A program made the translations under genes and the position numbers. The notes beneath the pieces were generated by a model, which was not told where the DNA came from, searched no databases, and was given only the letters and a program-made list of their open reading frames with translations. From an uncultured bacterium (GTDB lineage: Bacteria > Verrucomicrobiota > Verrucomicrobiia > Limisphaerales > UBA8199), in contig CAVVMW010000024.1 of the NCBI GenBank assembly GCA_963749495.1, positions 160,001 to 224,000 of the forward strand: a DNA stretch of 64,000 nt, given 5' to 3'. Of this stretch, positions 30,280-40,802 are shown piece after piece; position 1 is the first letter of the stretch, and the number at the start of each line of letters is the position of its first letter.

Positions 30280-31317
30280 TCAACTTCCCCCTTTAGCGCA
30301 CGACCTCTTCGCACGCGCCCCTGGAACCTTGCCAGCCCCATCTCCAGCGCCGTGCTTCTCGAAGAAGGCCATTTGTCTCGCCGATGCCGACTCCTTGGGG
30401 GTCCGCCCGACGTTGTACCGCGCGACCTGTTGTACATCAGGCCACGTGACGGCATCCTCCGCGGGTTGGGCGCTCAACGTCGCGTCGATCGCGCCCGCGA
30501 TGTCAAGCCTTCGCAACCCAAGCCGCTTCTCCGCGATTTGAGTGTACTCCTCTGAATGATCACAGATGACCGCACAACGGCCCATACCCCGTGCAGCTTC
30601 GGCTGTGGTCCCCGAACCGCTCATCGGATCCAGCACGAGATCGCCTTCGGTGGTGGTCATCATGAGAAGCTGCCGGATGACCTTCACCGGCTTCTGCGAG
30701 GGGTGGCCGGTCTGCTCCTTTCTGCCCACGAAACCCACAAGCAGTGATTCCTCGATGACACTTGGCGGACCCGGCATGTAGCGAAGCTTGCCATCGGCCC
30801 ACCTCTCCAATTGCGCCTCGTTCAGGAAATGCTCCACGTAAAGCTTGGCCCCAGGATGCGACAGGTGCAGACACGTCATCTGCGCCGATCGCCAGCCACG
30901 AATGACTGAAGGATTGTTCTTAAAGTACCACGTCAGCCAGGACACGAGCGCCAATGGCTGTGGGATCCGCTCGAGAAATGGAGCGAGGATTTCTGGAAAA
31001 CCCCACAGGTAAATGTGCCGCGCAACCTCTTTGGCCAACCCCAAAATCCCCAACACGTACGGGAGATAATCCTCGCGGACTCCACCCACGCCCTTGTTGT
31101 ACCAAGGATCGAGCACAACCGTGGAGAACGGAGCGCGAAGGAGCGCGGCGAGTCTGAGCGTGTCATGGACGTCCGCTGGAGGAAGGATTGCGATGCCGTC
31201 GTGGCGGAGAGCGTCTGCGATCACCCTCTGCACGGTCGCATGGGCTCCTCGAACTGGGTTGCTGTTGGCGTTCATCATCACGGCTGACGGTTCTACCCGG
31301 TTGGTTCCCGACTGCAA
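30280..31317 (-). CDS. Site-specific DNA methyltransferase (N4-C/N6-A, beta class); start may be ATG 31278
   Basis: LDPWYN (DPPY-like) near the N-terminus, HPSQKP, VLDPMSGSGTT; region appears lower in GC than its flanks. Confidence 0.88.
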   Translation of the reverse strand: MQSGTNRVEPSAVMMNANSNPVRGAHATVQRVIADALRHDGIAILPPADVHDTLRLAALLRAPFSTVVLDPWYNKGVGGVREDYLPYVLGILGLAKEVARHIYLWGFPEILAPFLERIPQPLALVSWLTWYFKNNPSVIRGWRSAQMTCLHLSHPGAKLYVEHFLNEAQLERWADGKLRYMPGPPSVIEESLLVGFVGRKEQTGHPSQKPVKVIRQLLMMTTTEGDLVLDPMSGSGTTAEAARGMGRCAVICDHSEEYTQIAEKRLGLRRLDIAGAIDATLSAQPAEDAVTWPDVQQVARYNVGRTPKESASARQMAFFEKHGAGDGAGKVPGARAKRSCAKGGS

Positions 31318-31532
31318 CTAAAATACTTCAAAAGAAAGTCCAACGCTCGTCGTTTCTCTTCTTTTGATGCCGCTTGGAGGATGGCAGTGATGTTGAGCTT
31401 TCCGGTCTGGCTGTTCCAAAGATTGCAGTGCTCCGCAAACTCCTCCTGAGACCAGTCTGCTGCCTGACGCAGTTTCCTGACTCTCAATCCAAATTCGCGG
31501 AGGAATATTCTGTCAGATTTGGCGTACGCCAT
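31293..31532 (-). pseudogene. XRE/C-protein-like HTH N-terminus fused to an unrelated C-terminal fragment (probable deleted controller-endonuclease unit)
   Basis: FGLRVRKLRQAADWSQEEFAEHCNL stops before the recognition helix and continues WNSQTGKLNITAILQ... Confidence 0.6.
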
Positions 31533-31945
31533 AGAGCGCATATTGGTAGGCGGCGTGAGCATGCATCCACACACGATGAGTGGCATCATCACGCCGGCTG
31601 CGAGGCTCTGGCTCGCCTCTCAGCCACTATGCGGGTCCAGTGGGCCTGCACGGCGCCAACGCCGACCAGCGCCGCTGCGGAGGACCGTCGACGAATTCGG
31701 GGGGGTCGGAACAGCCGCGCGCGTAAGAGTTGAGCACAAGGGTGTCTCCCCCAGAGAAGCCCGCCAGACACCTTCGTCCCTCACCGCTTGAGGGCCCTGC
31801 GGGCGCGCCAGAGCAGGACGAGGCCGGCGGCGATGAACGGCAGGCCACAAGGTCATGTGCAGCACGGCAGAGTCAAGGGGGGGGGCGAACACACGTCTGT
31901 CGTTCTCGTTGCGGAGCGGGCCTGGGTTGAGGCAAGATTTGAGGG

Positions 31946-33544
31946 ATGGATTTGAACCAAAGCGATCACCTCAACCCCGGTTTATCGCGGCCATTTCTTT
32001 CGCTGGAGGGCGCCGCCTTTCGGTTGGGGGAACGGGTCGTGTTCGCAGGCACCAACTGGGTGTTCCGCCGGGGTGAGCACTGGGCGATTGCGGGGGTGAA
32101 CGGCTCCGGCAAATCGCTGCTGGCCGATGCATTGCGGGGGCGGCTGCCGCTGGCGCGGGGGAGATTGCGCTATCACTTTCGGACCCCGCCCGGGCTGATG
32201 CCTGAAGAGACTATCGGGCACGTCTCGTTCGAGGCCCGCAAAGGGGAGGTGCGCGAGGCGGTAGTGCAATCGCGCTGGAACAGCCTCGAGGAGGAAGGGG
32301 CGCTGCGCGTGCGCGACTTCCTGGCCTACGACCGGGTGATGGAGGTGAACCCGTTCGAGGTCGACGCCACGGACCGGCACCGCAGGGCGCGCGCGCAATT
32401 CGAGCTGCGCAGGAGCCGGGCCGTCCGGCAGTTGAGAGTCGAGCCGTTTCTGGAACGGACGCTCATTTCGCTCTCGAACGGCGAGCGGCAACGGGTCGAG
32501 CTGGCGCGTGCGCTGTGTCATCCGCTCCGGTTGCTGATCCTGGACGAGCCCTTTGCGGGCCTGGACAAAGGGATGCGAGAGCATTTTGGCCGCCTGCTGG
32601 AGGGGCTGATGCGCACGCCGCTGCGGGTCCTGTTGATCACGACACGAATCGCGGACCTGCCCCCGCCGGTGACGCATCTGCTGTGGGTCGAGCGGTGCCG
32701 CGTGGCAGCGGCGGGGCCGCGAGCGCAAGTCCTTTCCATGAACGGACCCGGAGCCCGCAAGGTTTTGGACTGCGCGGGAAGCGACGAGGGTCGAGGGTCG
32801 AGGGTCGAGGGTCGAGGGAAGAGAGCTGGCTCGCCCGCTCGCTCCTCGACCCTCGACCCTCGACCCTCGACCCTCGTCCCCGGCCGCGAGTTGGTGCGGA
32901 TGCGCAACGTCACGGTCCGTTACGGCCGGAACACGATCCTGGAGGGGATCAATTGGACCGTGCGGGCGGGGGAGAGTTGGGCGCTGCCGGGGCCGAACGG
33001 GTCGGGCAAGACGACCTTGCTGAGCCTGATTCTGGGGGACAATCCCCAGGCCTATTCCAACGAGGTGACCGTCTTTGGCCGGCGGCGCGGGAGTGGGGAC
33101 TCGATCTGGGACCTCAAGCGGCGCATCGGGTCGGTTTCGCCGGAGCTGCACCTGCATTTCGACGGCGCCATGACGTGCTTCGAGGTCGTGGCCTCGGGCT
33201 TCCACGAGACGGTCGGCCTGTTCGAGGCACCGTCGGCGCGCCAGCGCGCCCTGGCGCGGCGGTGGCTGGCGCGGTTCGGGCTGAGCGAGTCGGCCGGCAG
33301 TCCCTTGCAGGCGCTCTCGGCGGGGCTGCAACGGATGGTCCTGCTGGCCCGGGCCCTGGTGAAGCGGCCGCAAATGGTGCTGCTCGATGAGCCATGCCAG
33401 GGATTGGACCCGGCCCATCGGGCGGTCTTTCTGAAGGCCGTCGAGGAGTTGGTCCGCGACGGGGCGGTGACGGCGATCTATGTGACGCATCGGGACGACG
33501 AGATCCCGCCTTCGATCCGGAAGGTCTTGCGCCTCGGTTCATAG
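31946..33544 (+). CDS. ABC ATP-binding protein with two ATPase domains (ModF-like)
   Basis: GVNGSGKS / LSNGERQR / LILDEP and GPNGSGKT / LSAGLQR / LLDEPCQGLD; heptamer-derived linker. Confidence 0.88.
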   Translation: MDLNQSDHLNPGLSRPFLSLEGAAFRLGERVVFAGTNWVFRRGEHWAIAGVNGSGKSLLADALRGRLPLARGRLRYHFRTPPGLMPEETIGHVSFEARKGEVREAVVQSRWNSLEEEGALRVRDFLAYDRVMEVNPFEVDATDRHRRARAQFELRRSRAVRQLRVEPFLERTLISLSNGERQRVELARALCHPLRLLILDEPFAGLDKGMREHFGRLLEGLMRTPLRVLLITTRIADLPPPVTHLLWVERCRVAAAGPRAQVLSMNGPGARKVLDCAGSDEGRGSRVEGRGKRAGSPARSSTLDPRPSTLVPGRELVRMRNVTVRYGRNTILEGINWTVRAGESWALPGPNGSGKTTLLSLILGDNPQAYSNEVTVFGRRRGSGDSIWDLKRRIGSVSPELHLHFDGAMTCFEVVASGFHETVGLFEAPSARQRALARRWLARFGLSESAGSPLQALSAGLQRMVLLARALVKRPQMVLLDEPCQGLDPAHRAVFLKAVEELVRDGAVTAIYVTHRDDEIPPSIRKVLRLGS

Positions 33545-33792
33545 TGCCCGTCCTCGGGCTGAAAGCCCAAAATGTGAGAGCCTGGGCTGGAGCGAGCTTG
33601 CGAGCGGAAGCCCAGGTCATCGGGCCATAATCTGGCGCGCCCTGTAGGGGCGCCACAAGGTCCCGGCCCTTCAGGCCGGGGCGTTTCGAGGGGCGCTGGC
33701 TTACCCGGGCCTTCGCTCCGCTCCAGCCCGGGCTATCACATGACGGGCCTTCGGCCCTGGGCTCAGTGATTCTCGACACCCGCCTCCCGCCG

Positions 33793-33848
33793 CTCGACAC
33801 TCGACACTCGACACTCGACACTCGACACTCGACACTCGACACTCGACA
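33793..33848. repeat. (CTCGACA)8 heptamer array
   Basis: Read directly. Confidence 0.95.
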
Positions 33849-33865
33849 CAGGACACTCGCACGCA

Positions 33866-35740
33866 ATGAAAGCGATGCTTTTAGTCCTGGCTGTTTGCGC
33901 GGTGGCAGGCGCGGGTTTTTCGGCCCAGGCAGGCGCAGGCGGGTCTGGGCGGGACATTCCCCAGCCGCTGGGTTCGCACCCGGGCAACATCTTTGTTGCC
34001 GGCGAGCCGGTGGTCGTGGCGGCGCCGCCCGGGGAGGGTGCGAGTTGGCAGGTGACGGATTATGAAGGGAGGCTTGTGGGCGAAGGGAGCTTGAAGGACG
34101 GGCGGGCGGAGTTGGGGCCGTTGCCAGTGGGCTATTACGAGGTGGCGCGCGGGGCGGGGCGGGTGTCGGTGGGAGTGCTGGCGGGGTTGCGGGCGCCGAC
34201 GCCGCCCAGTTCGCCCATCGGGGCGGATGTGGCGATGGCCTGGCTGGTTCCAAAGGAGCAGATGGAGAGCAGCGCGAGCCTGTGCGCGCTGGCGGGGCTG
34301 AACCGGGTGCGCGACCGGCTGAACTGGGAAGAGATCGAGCCGAAGCGGGGGGAGTTTGCGGCAACCACGCGCTACGACTTTCCGGTCCGCGCCCAGGCCG
34401 CCGCCGGGTTGCAGGTGCTGGAGGTCAACCACATGTCGCCGCGTTGGGCCAATCCGAATCCCAAACGGTTCCCCCTGGATTTGCGGGATGCCTATGCCGT
34501 CGAGCGAGCCCTGGCGCGCCGCTGGGGGGCGGAGGTGGGTGCGTTCGAGCCGTGGAACGAGGCGGACATCAAGGAATTTGGCGGGCACACCGGGAGCGAG
34601 ATGGCCTCGCTGCAAAAGGCCGCCTGGCTGGGGCTCAAGGCGGGCAACCCGGCGGTGACGGCGTGCATGAACGTGTTCGCCGTGCACCGTCAGGCCACGC
34701 TCGAAGACCTGCGCGACAACCAGGCCTGGCCCTACTTCGACACCTTCAACCTGCACCATTACGAGCCGTTCGCGGGCTACCCCCGGCTTTATGCGGACTT
34801 TCGCGCCGTCTGCGCCGGCCGCCCGCTCTGGGTGACAGAGTGCAGCCTGCCCGTGAAATGGCGGGGCGATGAGCGGCTGCAGGAGCCTTCGGCCGAAGAT
34901 TTGCGCACCCAAAGCGAGCGTGTTCCCATCACCTTCGCCCTGGCCATTCACGAAGGCGCGCAGGCGGTCTTCTATTTCATCCTCCCCCATTTTGTCGAGG
35001 GCCAAACGCAATTCGGCGTGCTGCGCAAGGACCTGACGCCGCGGCCGGCGTTCCTGGCACTGGCGGCCACGGGACGTTTGCTGGCGGATGCCCGGCCGAT
35101 GGGGCGAATGGAGGGAGTCGAGCCCGGGGTGCGCGCCTACCTGTTCAAGGCCAAACCCGACGGACGCCCGGGCACCGTCCTCGTGGCCTGGTCCGAAGGG
35201 GAACGGTCCCTGGACCTGCCACGCCCGCCGCTGGCCCTCTTTGATCACCTGGGCCGCGCGGCGCCGGTGACAGGCCCCAGGCTCAAGCTCGGCCCGGCGC
35301 CCCGATTGGCCATCCTGCCGGACGACGCCGGCTTGCAGTTGGCGCCGCCGCCGGCGCTGCCCGCGCCCGCGCCAGGCCCGACCTCGCCCTCGCCCGTGGT
35401 GCTCCAGGCCGTTCTCCCGGAGGGCAGCGTCGTGCTGGCGGATTCGGCCTACAAACTCCCGGCGGGCCAACCCGTGGACATCCCGCTCTTTGCCTACAAC
35501 TTCAGCGACAAACCGGCGCGTGGCCGGCTGCGGGTGACGCCGCCGGAATCGTGGCAGGCAGAGTTTCCCCAAGAGACTGAGATTGCGCCCGGCCAACGCA
35601 AGGAATTACGGCTGCGCGTGCGCGCCGCCCCGGGCCCGAGAATTGCACAGGTGCGGATAGCGGGCGACTTCGGCCCGGCGGGAGAAGCGGTGCTTTCCGT
35701 TCGGCTCGTGAACCCGGAAAGCGGGGAGAAGGGGCAATGA
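33866..35740 (+). CDS. Secreted clan GH-A-like TIM-barrel glycoside hydrolase (family uncertain)
   Basis: Signal peptide; RDRLNW, EPWNEAD (acid/base), NLHHY, LWVTE (nucleophile). Confidence 0.7.
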   Translation: MKAMLLVLAVCAVAGAGFSAQAGAGGSGRDIPQPLGSHPGNIFVAGEPVVVAAPPGEGASWQVTDYEGRLVGEGSLKDGRAELGPLPVGYYEVARGAGRVSVGVLAGLRAPTPPSSPIGADVAMAWLVPKEQMESSASLCALAGLNRVRDRLNWEEIEPKRGEFAATTRYDFPVRAQAAAGLQVLEVNHMSPRWANPNPKRFPLDLRDAYAVERALARRWGAEVGAFEPWNEADIKEFGGHTGSEMASLQKAAWLGLKAGNPAVTACMNVFAVHRQATLEDLRDNQAWPYFDTFNLHHYEPFAGYPRLYADFRAVCAGRPLWVTECSLPVKWRGDERLQEPSAEDLRTQSERVPITFALAIHEGAQAVFYFILPHFVEGQTQFGVLRKDLTPRPAFLALAATGRLLADARPMGRMEGVEPGVRAYLFKAKPDGRPGTVLVAWSEGERSLDLPRPPLALFDHLGRAAPVTGPRLKLGPAPRLAILPDDAGLQLAPPPALPAPAPGPTSPSPVVLQAVLPEGSVVLADSAYKLPAGQPVDIPLFAYNFSDKPARGRLRVTPPESWQAEFPQETEIAPGQRKELRLRVRAAPGPRIAQVRIAGDFGPAGEAVLSVRLVNPESGEKGQ

Positions 35741-35826
35741 CGAATGACGAATGACGAATGACGAAATCAAGAAACGTGAAACGTGAAACGTGAGGCGTGA
35801 AAGGGACGGGTTCCGGATTTCGGAAG

Positions 35827-36777
35827 TCAGGATGGGAGCTGGCGCAGTGCGCTCAGGGCATCCAGGAAGTCCGCCGGGAGCGGGGCCTCCAGGCTCATGC
35901 GCCGGCCGGTCCGGGGATGGATGAAGGAGAGCTGGTAGGCATGGAGCATCTGGCGGGGGGCGACGTAGCGCGTGAGGTCGGCCAGGCGCTGGTTTTGGCG
36001 GTTGCCGTACGTGGCATCGCCCACCAACGGGAAGCCGAGAAACTGGAAATGCACGCGGATCTGGTGGGTCCGGCCGGTGTGCAGGGTCGCTTGGACCAGC
36101 GTGGCGCCGCGCAGCCGTTCGAGCACCTGGTAGCTGGTGCGGGCCTCGCGTCCGAATTCATCATCCACCGCCATGCGCTTGCGATGGGTGGGGTGCCGGC
36201 CAATGGCGGCGCGGATCTCGCCCTGCTCGCGCTGCAACTCACCGCAGAGAATCGCCCGGTAGAACTTCTCGACCTTCCGGCTGGCGAACTGGGAGGCCAG
36301 GGCCAGGTGCACCGCGTCGGTCTTGGCGACGACCAGGCAGCCGCTGGTCTGCTGGTCCAACCGGTGGACGATGCCGGGCCGGGCAACGCCGCCGATGCCG
36401 CTCAACTGGCCGGCGCAATGGTGCAGCAGGGCGTTGACCAGCGTGTGCTCCTGGTGTCCCGCGGCCGGATGAACGACCAGGCCCGGGGGCTTGTTGAGCA
36501 CCACCAGCGCCTCGTCTTCGTAGAGGATGTCCAGCGCCATCTGCTCCGGCTGCGCCTGCGCCGGGCGCGCCTCCGGCCAATGCACCTCCACCTGCTCCCC
36601 GGCCCGCGGCGAGTGCGTGGGCTTGACGGTGCGGCCGTTGACGCGGATGTGGCCTTCTTCGATGAGCCGCTGGAGGGCGCCGCGCGACACGGCGGGAAAG
36701 CGGCTGCGCAGGTAGGTGTCCAGCCGCTGCGCCGGAAGCGATTTCTCGATAACCAGAATTTCCGTGCGGGAGGACAT
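35827..36777 (-). CDS. rluD: RluA-family 23S rRNA pseudouridine synthase with S4 domain
   Basis: RLDTYL, NKPPGLVVHP, GIVHRLD, TGRTHQIRVH, RQMLHA; adjacent to lspA. Confidence 0.92.
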   Translation of the reverse strand: MSSRTEILVIEKSLPAQRLDTYLRSRFPAVSRGALQRLIEEGHIRVNGRTVKPTHSPRAGEQVEVHWPEARPAQAQPEQMALDILYEDEALVVLNKPPGLVVHPAAGHQEHTLVNALLHHCAGQLSGIGGVARPGIVHRLDQQTSGCLVVAKTDAVHLALASQFASRKVEKFYRAILCGELQREQGEIRAAIGRHPTHRKRMAVDDEFGREARTSYQVLERLRGATLVQATLHTGRTHQIRVHFQFLGFPLVGDATYGNRQNQRLADLTRYVAPRQMLHAYQLSFIHPRTGRRMSLEAPLPADFLDALSALRQLPS

Positions 36778-36992
36778 CCGGGAGGCCTAGTTGGCGGTTA
36801 GGAGGTTGAATAACGCTTGTCCTGCAGACCGCGATTCCGAGCCTTTGTCGGGGCCTTTGTCGAAACACGCCCGATCCGGCGGCGGGTGCGACAAATGCCG
36901 CGACAAAGGCTGCGACAAAGGCTGCGACAAAGGCTGCCACGGAGAATTCATTGGGGCGCAACCGACGCCGTCGCATTGATGTTCATGACCAC

Positions 36993-37538
36993 TTAGCTGG
37001 AATTCGGGCCGGCCCCCTGCCCCGGGCCACTCGCTCCGCGCTCGCTCCTCCAGGTGACCAGGAATATCAACCCTACCCCCGTGCAGATCGCGCTGTCGGC
37101 CACGTTGAACGCAGGAAAGCCGATCTCGCCGCCGCCCCGCTGCCGCAGGTAAAAATAGATGAAATCGATCACGTGCTGGACGCGGAGCCGGTCGAGGAGG
37201 TTGCCCAGGATCCCGCCGAAGATCAAGCCGAAGGCAACCTGGCCCAGGAGGGTGTGGGCGTCAAAATGGTGGCGGCTCAGAAACAGGAGGACCAGGGCCA
37301 CGACGGCCACCAGGGCCAGGAGGCCGTTGCGGCCCCGGAACAGGCTCCAGGCCGCCCCCGTGTTGCCCCAATAAACGAAACGAAAAAATCCCTCAATAAT
37401 GACCTTGTCCTCGCCCACGCTCAGGAACTGCCGCACCAGGTGCTTGGTCAGTTGGTCCACCGCCAGCACCGCCAGGGCAATCCAGGCTATCCGGCGTTTC
37501 GACGCGCCCGGGATCACGTTCAACGGCCTTATTTCCAT
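36993..37538 (-). CDS. lspA: Lipoprotein signal peptidase II
   Basis: [34 protein letters not shown]. Confidence 0.95.
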   Translation of the reverse strand: MEIRPLNVIPGASKRRIAWIALAVLAVDQLTKHLVRQFLSVGEDKVIIEGFFRFVYWGNTGAAWSLFRGRNGLLALVAVVALVLLFLSRHHFDAHTLLGQVAFGLIFGGILGNLLDRLRVQHVIDFIYFYLRQRGGGEIGFPAFNVADSAICTGVGLIFLVTWRSERGASGPGQGAGPNSS

Positions 37539-37622
37539 GCCTTAATGGTCATGACCACTCGTGCTCATTTACTCGAGGCCATCACAAAAAACAATTTAAT
37601 TTTGCCCCGGGAAAAAACTCCA

Positions 37623-37650
37623 TTGACTTGGCGGATTTGTTTGGTAATCT
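37623..37650 (+). promoter_or_regulatory. Putative sigma70 promoter of rplM-rpsI
   Basis: TTGACT, 16 nt, then TAATCT with an extended TGn, in an AT-rich intergenic region. Confidence 0.6.
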
Positions 37651-37682
37651 CACCCTTCCTTTGATCAGGATCAGGATTAGAG

Positions 37683-38117
37683 ATGAAAACGCATTTGCCG
37701 AAAATCAACCTCGACGAACGGAAGTGGCATGTGATTGATGCCGATGGCGCGGTGCTGGGCCGCTTGGCGGTGCAGGTGGCCGATATTCTCCGGGGCAGGA
37801 ACAAGCCGGTTTATACCCCGCACCTGGACGCCGGGGATTTTGTCGTGATCATCAATGCCGAGAAGGTCAAGGTGACCGGCAAGAAGGAGACCAACAAGAA
37901 GTTCATGACCTACTCGGGGTGGAAAGGCGGGGAAAAATTCACCTCGGTGGCCCAGATTCGGGCCCGCCACCCGGAGAAGCTGATTATGCACGCGGTGCGC
38001 GGCATGGTTCCCAAAAACCGGCTCGGGCGGGTGCTCATGACCAAGCTCAAGGTGTACAAGGGCAGCAAGCACCCGCACGCGGCGCAGAAACCCGAGCCCC
38101 TGGCCCCAGCCAGGTGA
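37683..38117 (+). CDS. rplM: 50S ribosomal protein L13
   Basis: WHVIDA, LGRLA, KPVYTPHLDAGD, HPHAAQKP. Confidence 0.98.
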   Translation: MKTHLPKINLDERKWHVIDADGAVLGRLAVQVADILRGRNKPVYTPHLDAGDFVVIINAEKVKVTGKKETNKKFMTYSGWKGGEKFTSVAQIRARHPEKLIMHAVRGMVPKNRLGRVLMTKLKVYKGSKHPHAAQKPEPLAPAR

Positions 38118-38198
38118 CGTGAAGTGAAGCGACCTCCAGCTCTGGCTCCCAATCCCGAATTCGCACTCAACTTTCAACTCCTAGCCTAACGTAGCGGT

Positions 38199-38615
38199 AT
38201 GGCCGACATCAAAATTCCCGAAGTCAAAATCCCTCAACACCTCGGCACCGGCCGGCGCAAGTCCGCTGTGGCGCGTGTGCGCCTGAGCAGCGGTTCCGGC
38301 AAGATCCTGATCAACGGCCCGCCGTTCGAGAATTATTTCCCGATCGAATCCCTGCGCGTGGTGGCCAGCCAGGCCTTGACCGCCACCGGCACCATCGAGA
38401 AGTACGACGCCCAGATCACCGTCAGCGGCGGCGGACCCACCGGCCAGGCCGGCGCTGTCCGCCACGGCCTGGCCCGCGCCCTCTTGACGGTGGACGCCAA
38501 CCTGCGGCCCGTTCTCAAGGCCGAGGGCCTGCTGACCCGCGACCCGCGCATGAAAGAGCGCAAGAAATACGGCCAGCCCGGCGCCCGCCGCCGCTTCCAA
38601 TACAGCAAACGGTAG
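38199..38615 (+). CDS. rpsI: 30S ribosomal protein S9
   Basis: [40 protein letters not shown]...QYSKR. Confidence 0.98.
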   Translation: MADIKIPEVKIPQHLGTGRRKSAVARVRLSSGSGKILINGPPFENYFPIESLRVVASQALTATGTIEKYDAQITVSGGGPTGQAGAVRHGLARALLTVDANLRPVLKAEGLLTRDPRMKERKKYGQPGARRRFQYSKR

Positions 38616-38852
38616 GGCCTCGGGCTCCCGGTTCAACTGAGCTCCGCAGGTCCCGCCGATCGGCCCGGCGACATGGTAACTTTGTCGCGGCCTTTGTCGC
38701 GGCCTTTGTCGCAACCTTCGTGGGAAAAAGACGGCCAATCCGACAAAGGGTGCGAGAAAGGCTGCGACAAAGGTCCGCAAAGCGACGGCATCAATTGCGC
38801 TCCGTTCTGCCGCTTGATACGCTTGTCCCATGCTAATTGAGATTGAGAGCCT

Positions 38853-39913
38853 ATGAACCCCCAGCCCATTGGCGTTGTCGGGGCTTCGGGCTACTCGGGC
38901 GAGGAGTTGGTGCGGCTGCTGCTCTCGCATCCGTGCGCCGAACTGGCCGCCGTGACCTCGCGCCAGTATGCCGGCCAAACGGTGGCCCAGGTCTTTCCCA
39001 AGTTCGCCCATCATCAGCGCGCGCGGCGCTCCGGTTCAGCGAACCCAAGGCGGAGTTGCTGGCCAAAGAGGCCCAAGTCATTTTTCTGGCCTTGCCCCAC
39101 GGGGTGGCGGCGGAGTTCGCCGTGCCCCTGCTGCAACGGGGCTGCCGGGTCATTGACCTGAGCGCCGATTTCCGGCTCAGGAACGCGGCCGTGTATGAAG
39201 ACTTCTACGCGCACACCCACCCGGCGCCCGAGTTGCTGGCCCGGGCCGTCTATGGGCTGCCGGAAATTTACCGCGCGCAAATCAAGTCCGCCTCGCTCAT
39301 CGCCTCGCCCGGCTGCTACCCGACCAGCATTCTCCTGCCGGTCATTCCCTTGCTCCGGGCGGGCCTGGTCAAGCCCGGCAGCATCATCGCCGACTCGCTC
39401 AGCGGCGTCACCGGCGCCGGCCGCAAGCCGGAACCGGACTACTTGTTTGCCGAGTGCAACGAAAGCGCGCGCCCTTACGGGCTGCCCAGGCACCGCCATC
39501 TCTCCGAAATCGAGCAGGAACTCTCGATTGCGGCGGGCGTCCCGGTGGTGCTCCAGTTCACCCCGCACCTGATCCCGGTCAATCGCGGCATTCTCACGAC
39601 CATCTACCTGGCGCCGACGGCCCGGTTTAGCGGCCCCGAGGAGGTGGCGCAATTCGGTGAGAAGGTGGGCGCCTGCTACCAGGCTGCGTATGGCGAGGAG
39701 CCTTTCGTGCGCGTGCTCCAGGGCAAGGCCCTGCCCGACACCAAGAACGTCGTCGGGACCAACGTGCTCGAACTGGCCTGGCGCCTGGACCCCCGCACCG
39801 GCCGGCTCATCGTCATGAGCGCCGAGGACAACCTGGTCAAAGGCGCCAGCGGCCAGGCCGTGCAAAGCCTGAACCTGGTCTGCGGTTTTCCGGAGACGGC
39901 GGGGCTGATGTAA
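38853..39913 (+). CDS. argC: N-acetyl-gamma-glutamyl-phosphate reductase; apparent frameshift ~39025
   Basis: GASGYSGEEL in one frame; FLALPHG, DLSADFR, PGCYPT, HRHLSEI, DNLVKGASGQA in the next. Confidence 0.93.
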
Positions 39914-40020
39914 GGGGGCGGCGGCAGGCCAGGCGTAGTGAAAAAGTGGAATGCAGCCCGAGCCGGAGAGACTCGCAGCGCGTTGTTGCCCGCGGCAGTG
40001 CTGCGAGGTAAAATGTGGTT

Positions 40021-40302
40021 ATGAGCATCGTGATTGGTGACGCTTTTGCTGAAGTGTGGGAACGCACGATCAAGCCCGGTCAGGCTGGCCTGCCACCGGA
40101 CGCGGCCAAGTATTTTCTTGATCTCCAATTTGCCGAGAACGATCGCGCACGGATGAATGAACTCGCCGCCCATGCCCGCGCCGGCAGCCTCGCTCCGGAA
40201 GAGGAGAGCGAGTTGGCGAACTACATGCAACTCGGGTGGTTCATCGACTTGCTCAAATCCAAAGCCCGGCTCTCACTTGGCATCCCTGCTAACGCCGCGT
40301 GA
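40021..40302 (+). CDS. Small hypothetical protein (antitoxin-like) coupled to an HNH nuclease; probably leaderless
   Basis: Overlaps the next gene (GTGA). TTGCCC-17-TAAAAT lies 6 nt before ATG 40021. Confidence 0.7.
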   Translation: MSIVIGDAFAEVWERTIKPGQAGLPPDAAKYFLDLQFAENDRARMNELAAHARAGSLAPEEESELANYMQLGWFIDLLKSKARLSLGIPANAA

Positions 40303-40706
40303 AGATGGATGCCGCGCTGGAGGAGTTGGTCCGCAGCCGCGCTGGGTTCCGTTGCGAGTATTGCCTTCTGCCGGAATCACTGGCGAGCACGCCGTTTCAA
40401 TTTGACCACATTATCGCACAATCACACGGCGGCCAGACCACCGCCGACAATCTTGCGTTCGCCTGTTTCCACTGCAATAACTTCAAAGGCCCGAACCTCG
40501 CCGGAGTTGACCCGCAGACCTGCCGAGTCATCCGGCTCTTCCACCCGCGCCGCGACCTCCGACGAGACCACTTCCGTTGGGACGGCGAGACCCTGATCGG
40601 GGTAACCGCAGTCGGGCGCGCGACCATCGCCACATTGCGGTTGAACCACTCGCTTCGCGTCGCCATCCGCCGCTCCCTGCTGCGCGAAGGGGTCCACTTC
40701 GCATGA
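40299..40706 (+). CDS. HNH endonuclease
   Basis: CEYC...DHII...HGG...NLAFACFHCNNFKG, LFHPR, GRATI. Confidence 0.9.
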   Translation: MKMDAALEELVRSRAGFRCEYCLLPESLASTPFQFDHIIAQSHGGQTTADNLAFACFHCNNFKGPNLAGVDPQTCRVIRLFHPRRDLRRDHFRWDGETLIGVTAVGRATIATLRLNHSLRVAIRRSLLREGVHFA

Positions 40707-40802
40707 ACCTGAGCGAAATGAGGACGAGCAGCACGCCCACGGCATGAGTTGCGCCCAACCCGCTCTTGACCCGAGCCATCATTTCTCAGCAGACTGCGGC
40801 TC

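Noticed and set aside
39000..39040. Programmed frameshifting in argC and the other split genes
   Set aside because: No shared slippery motif or stimulatory structure is visible; scattered indels fit sequencing error better.
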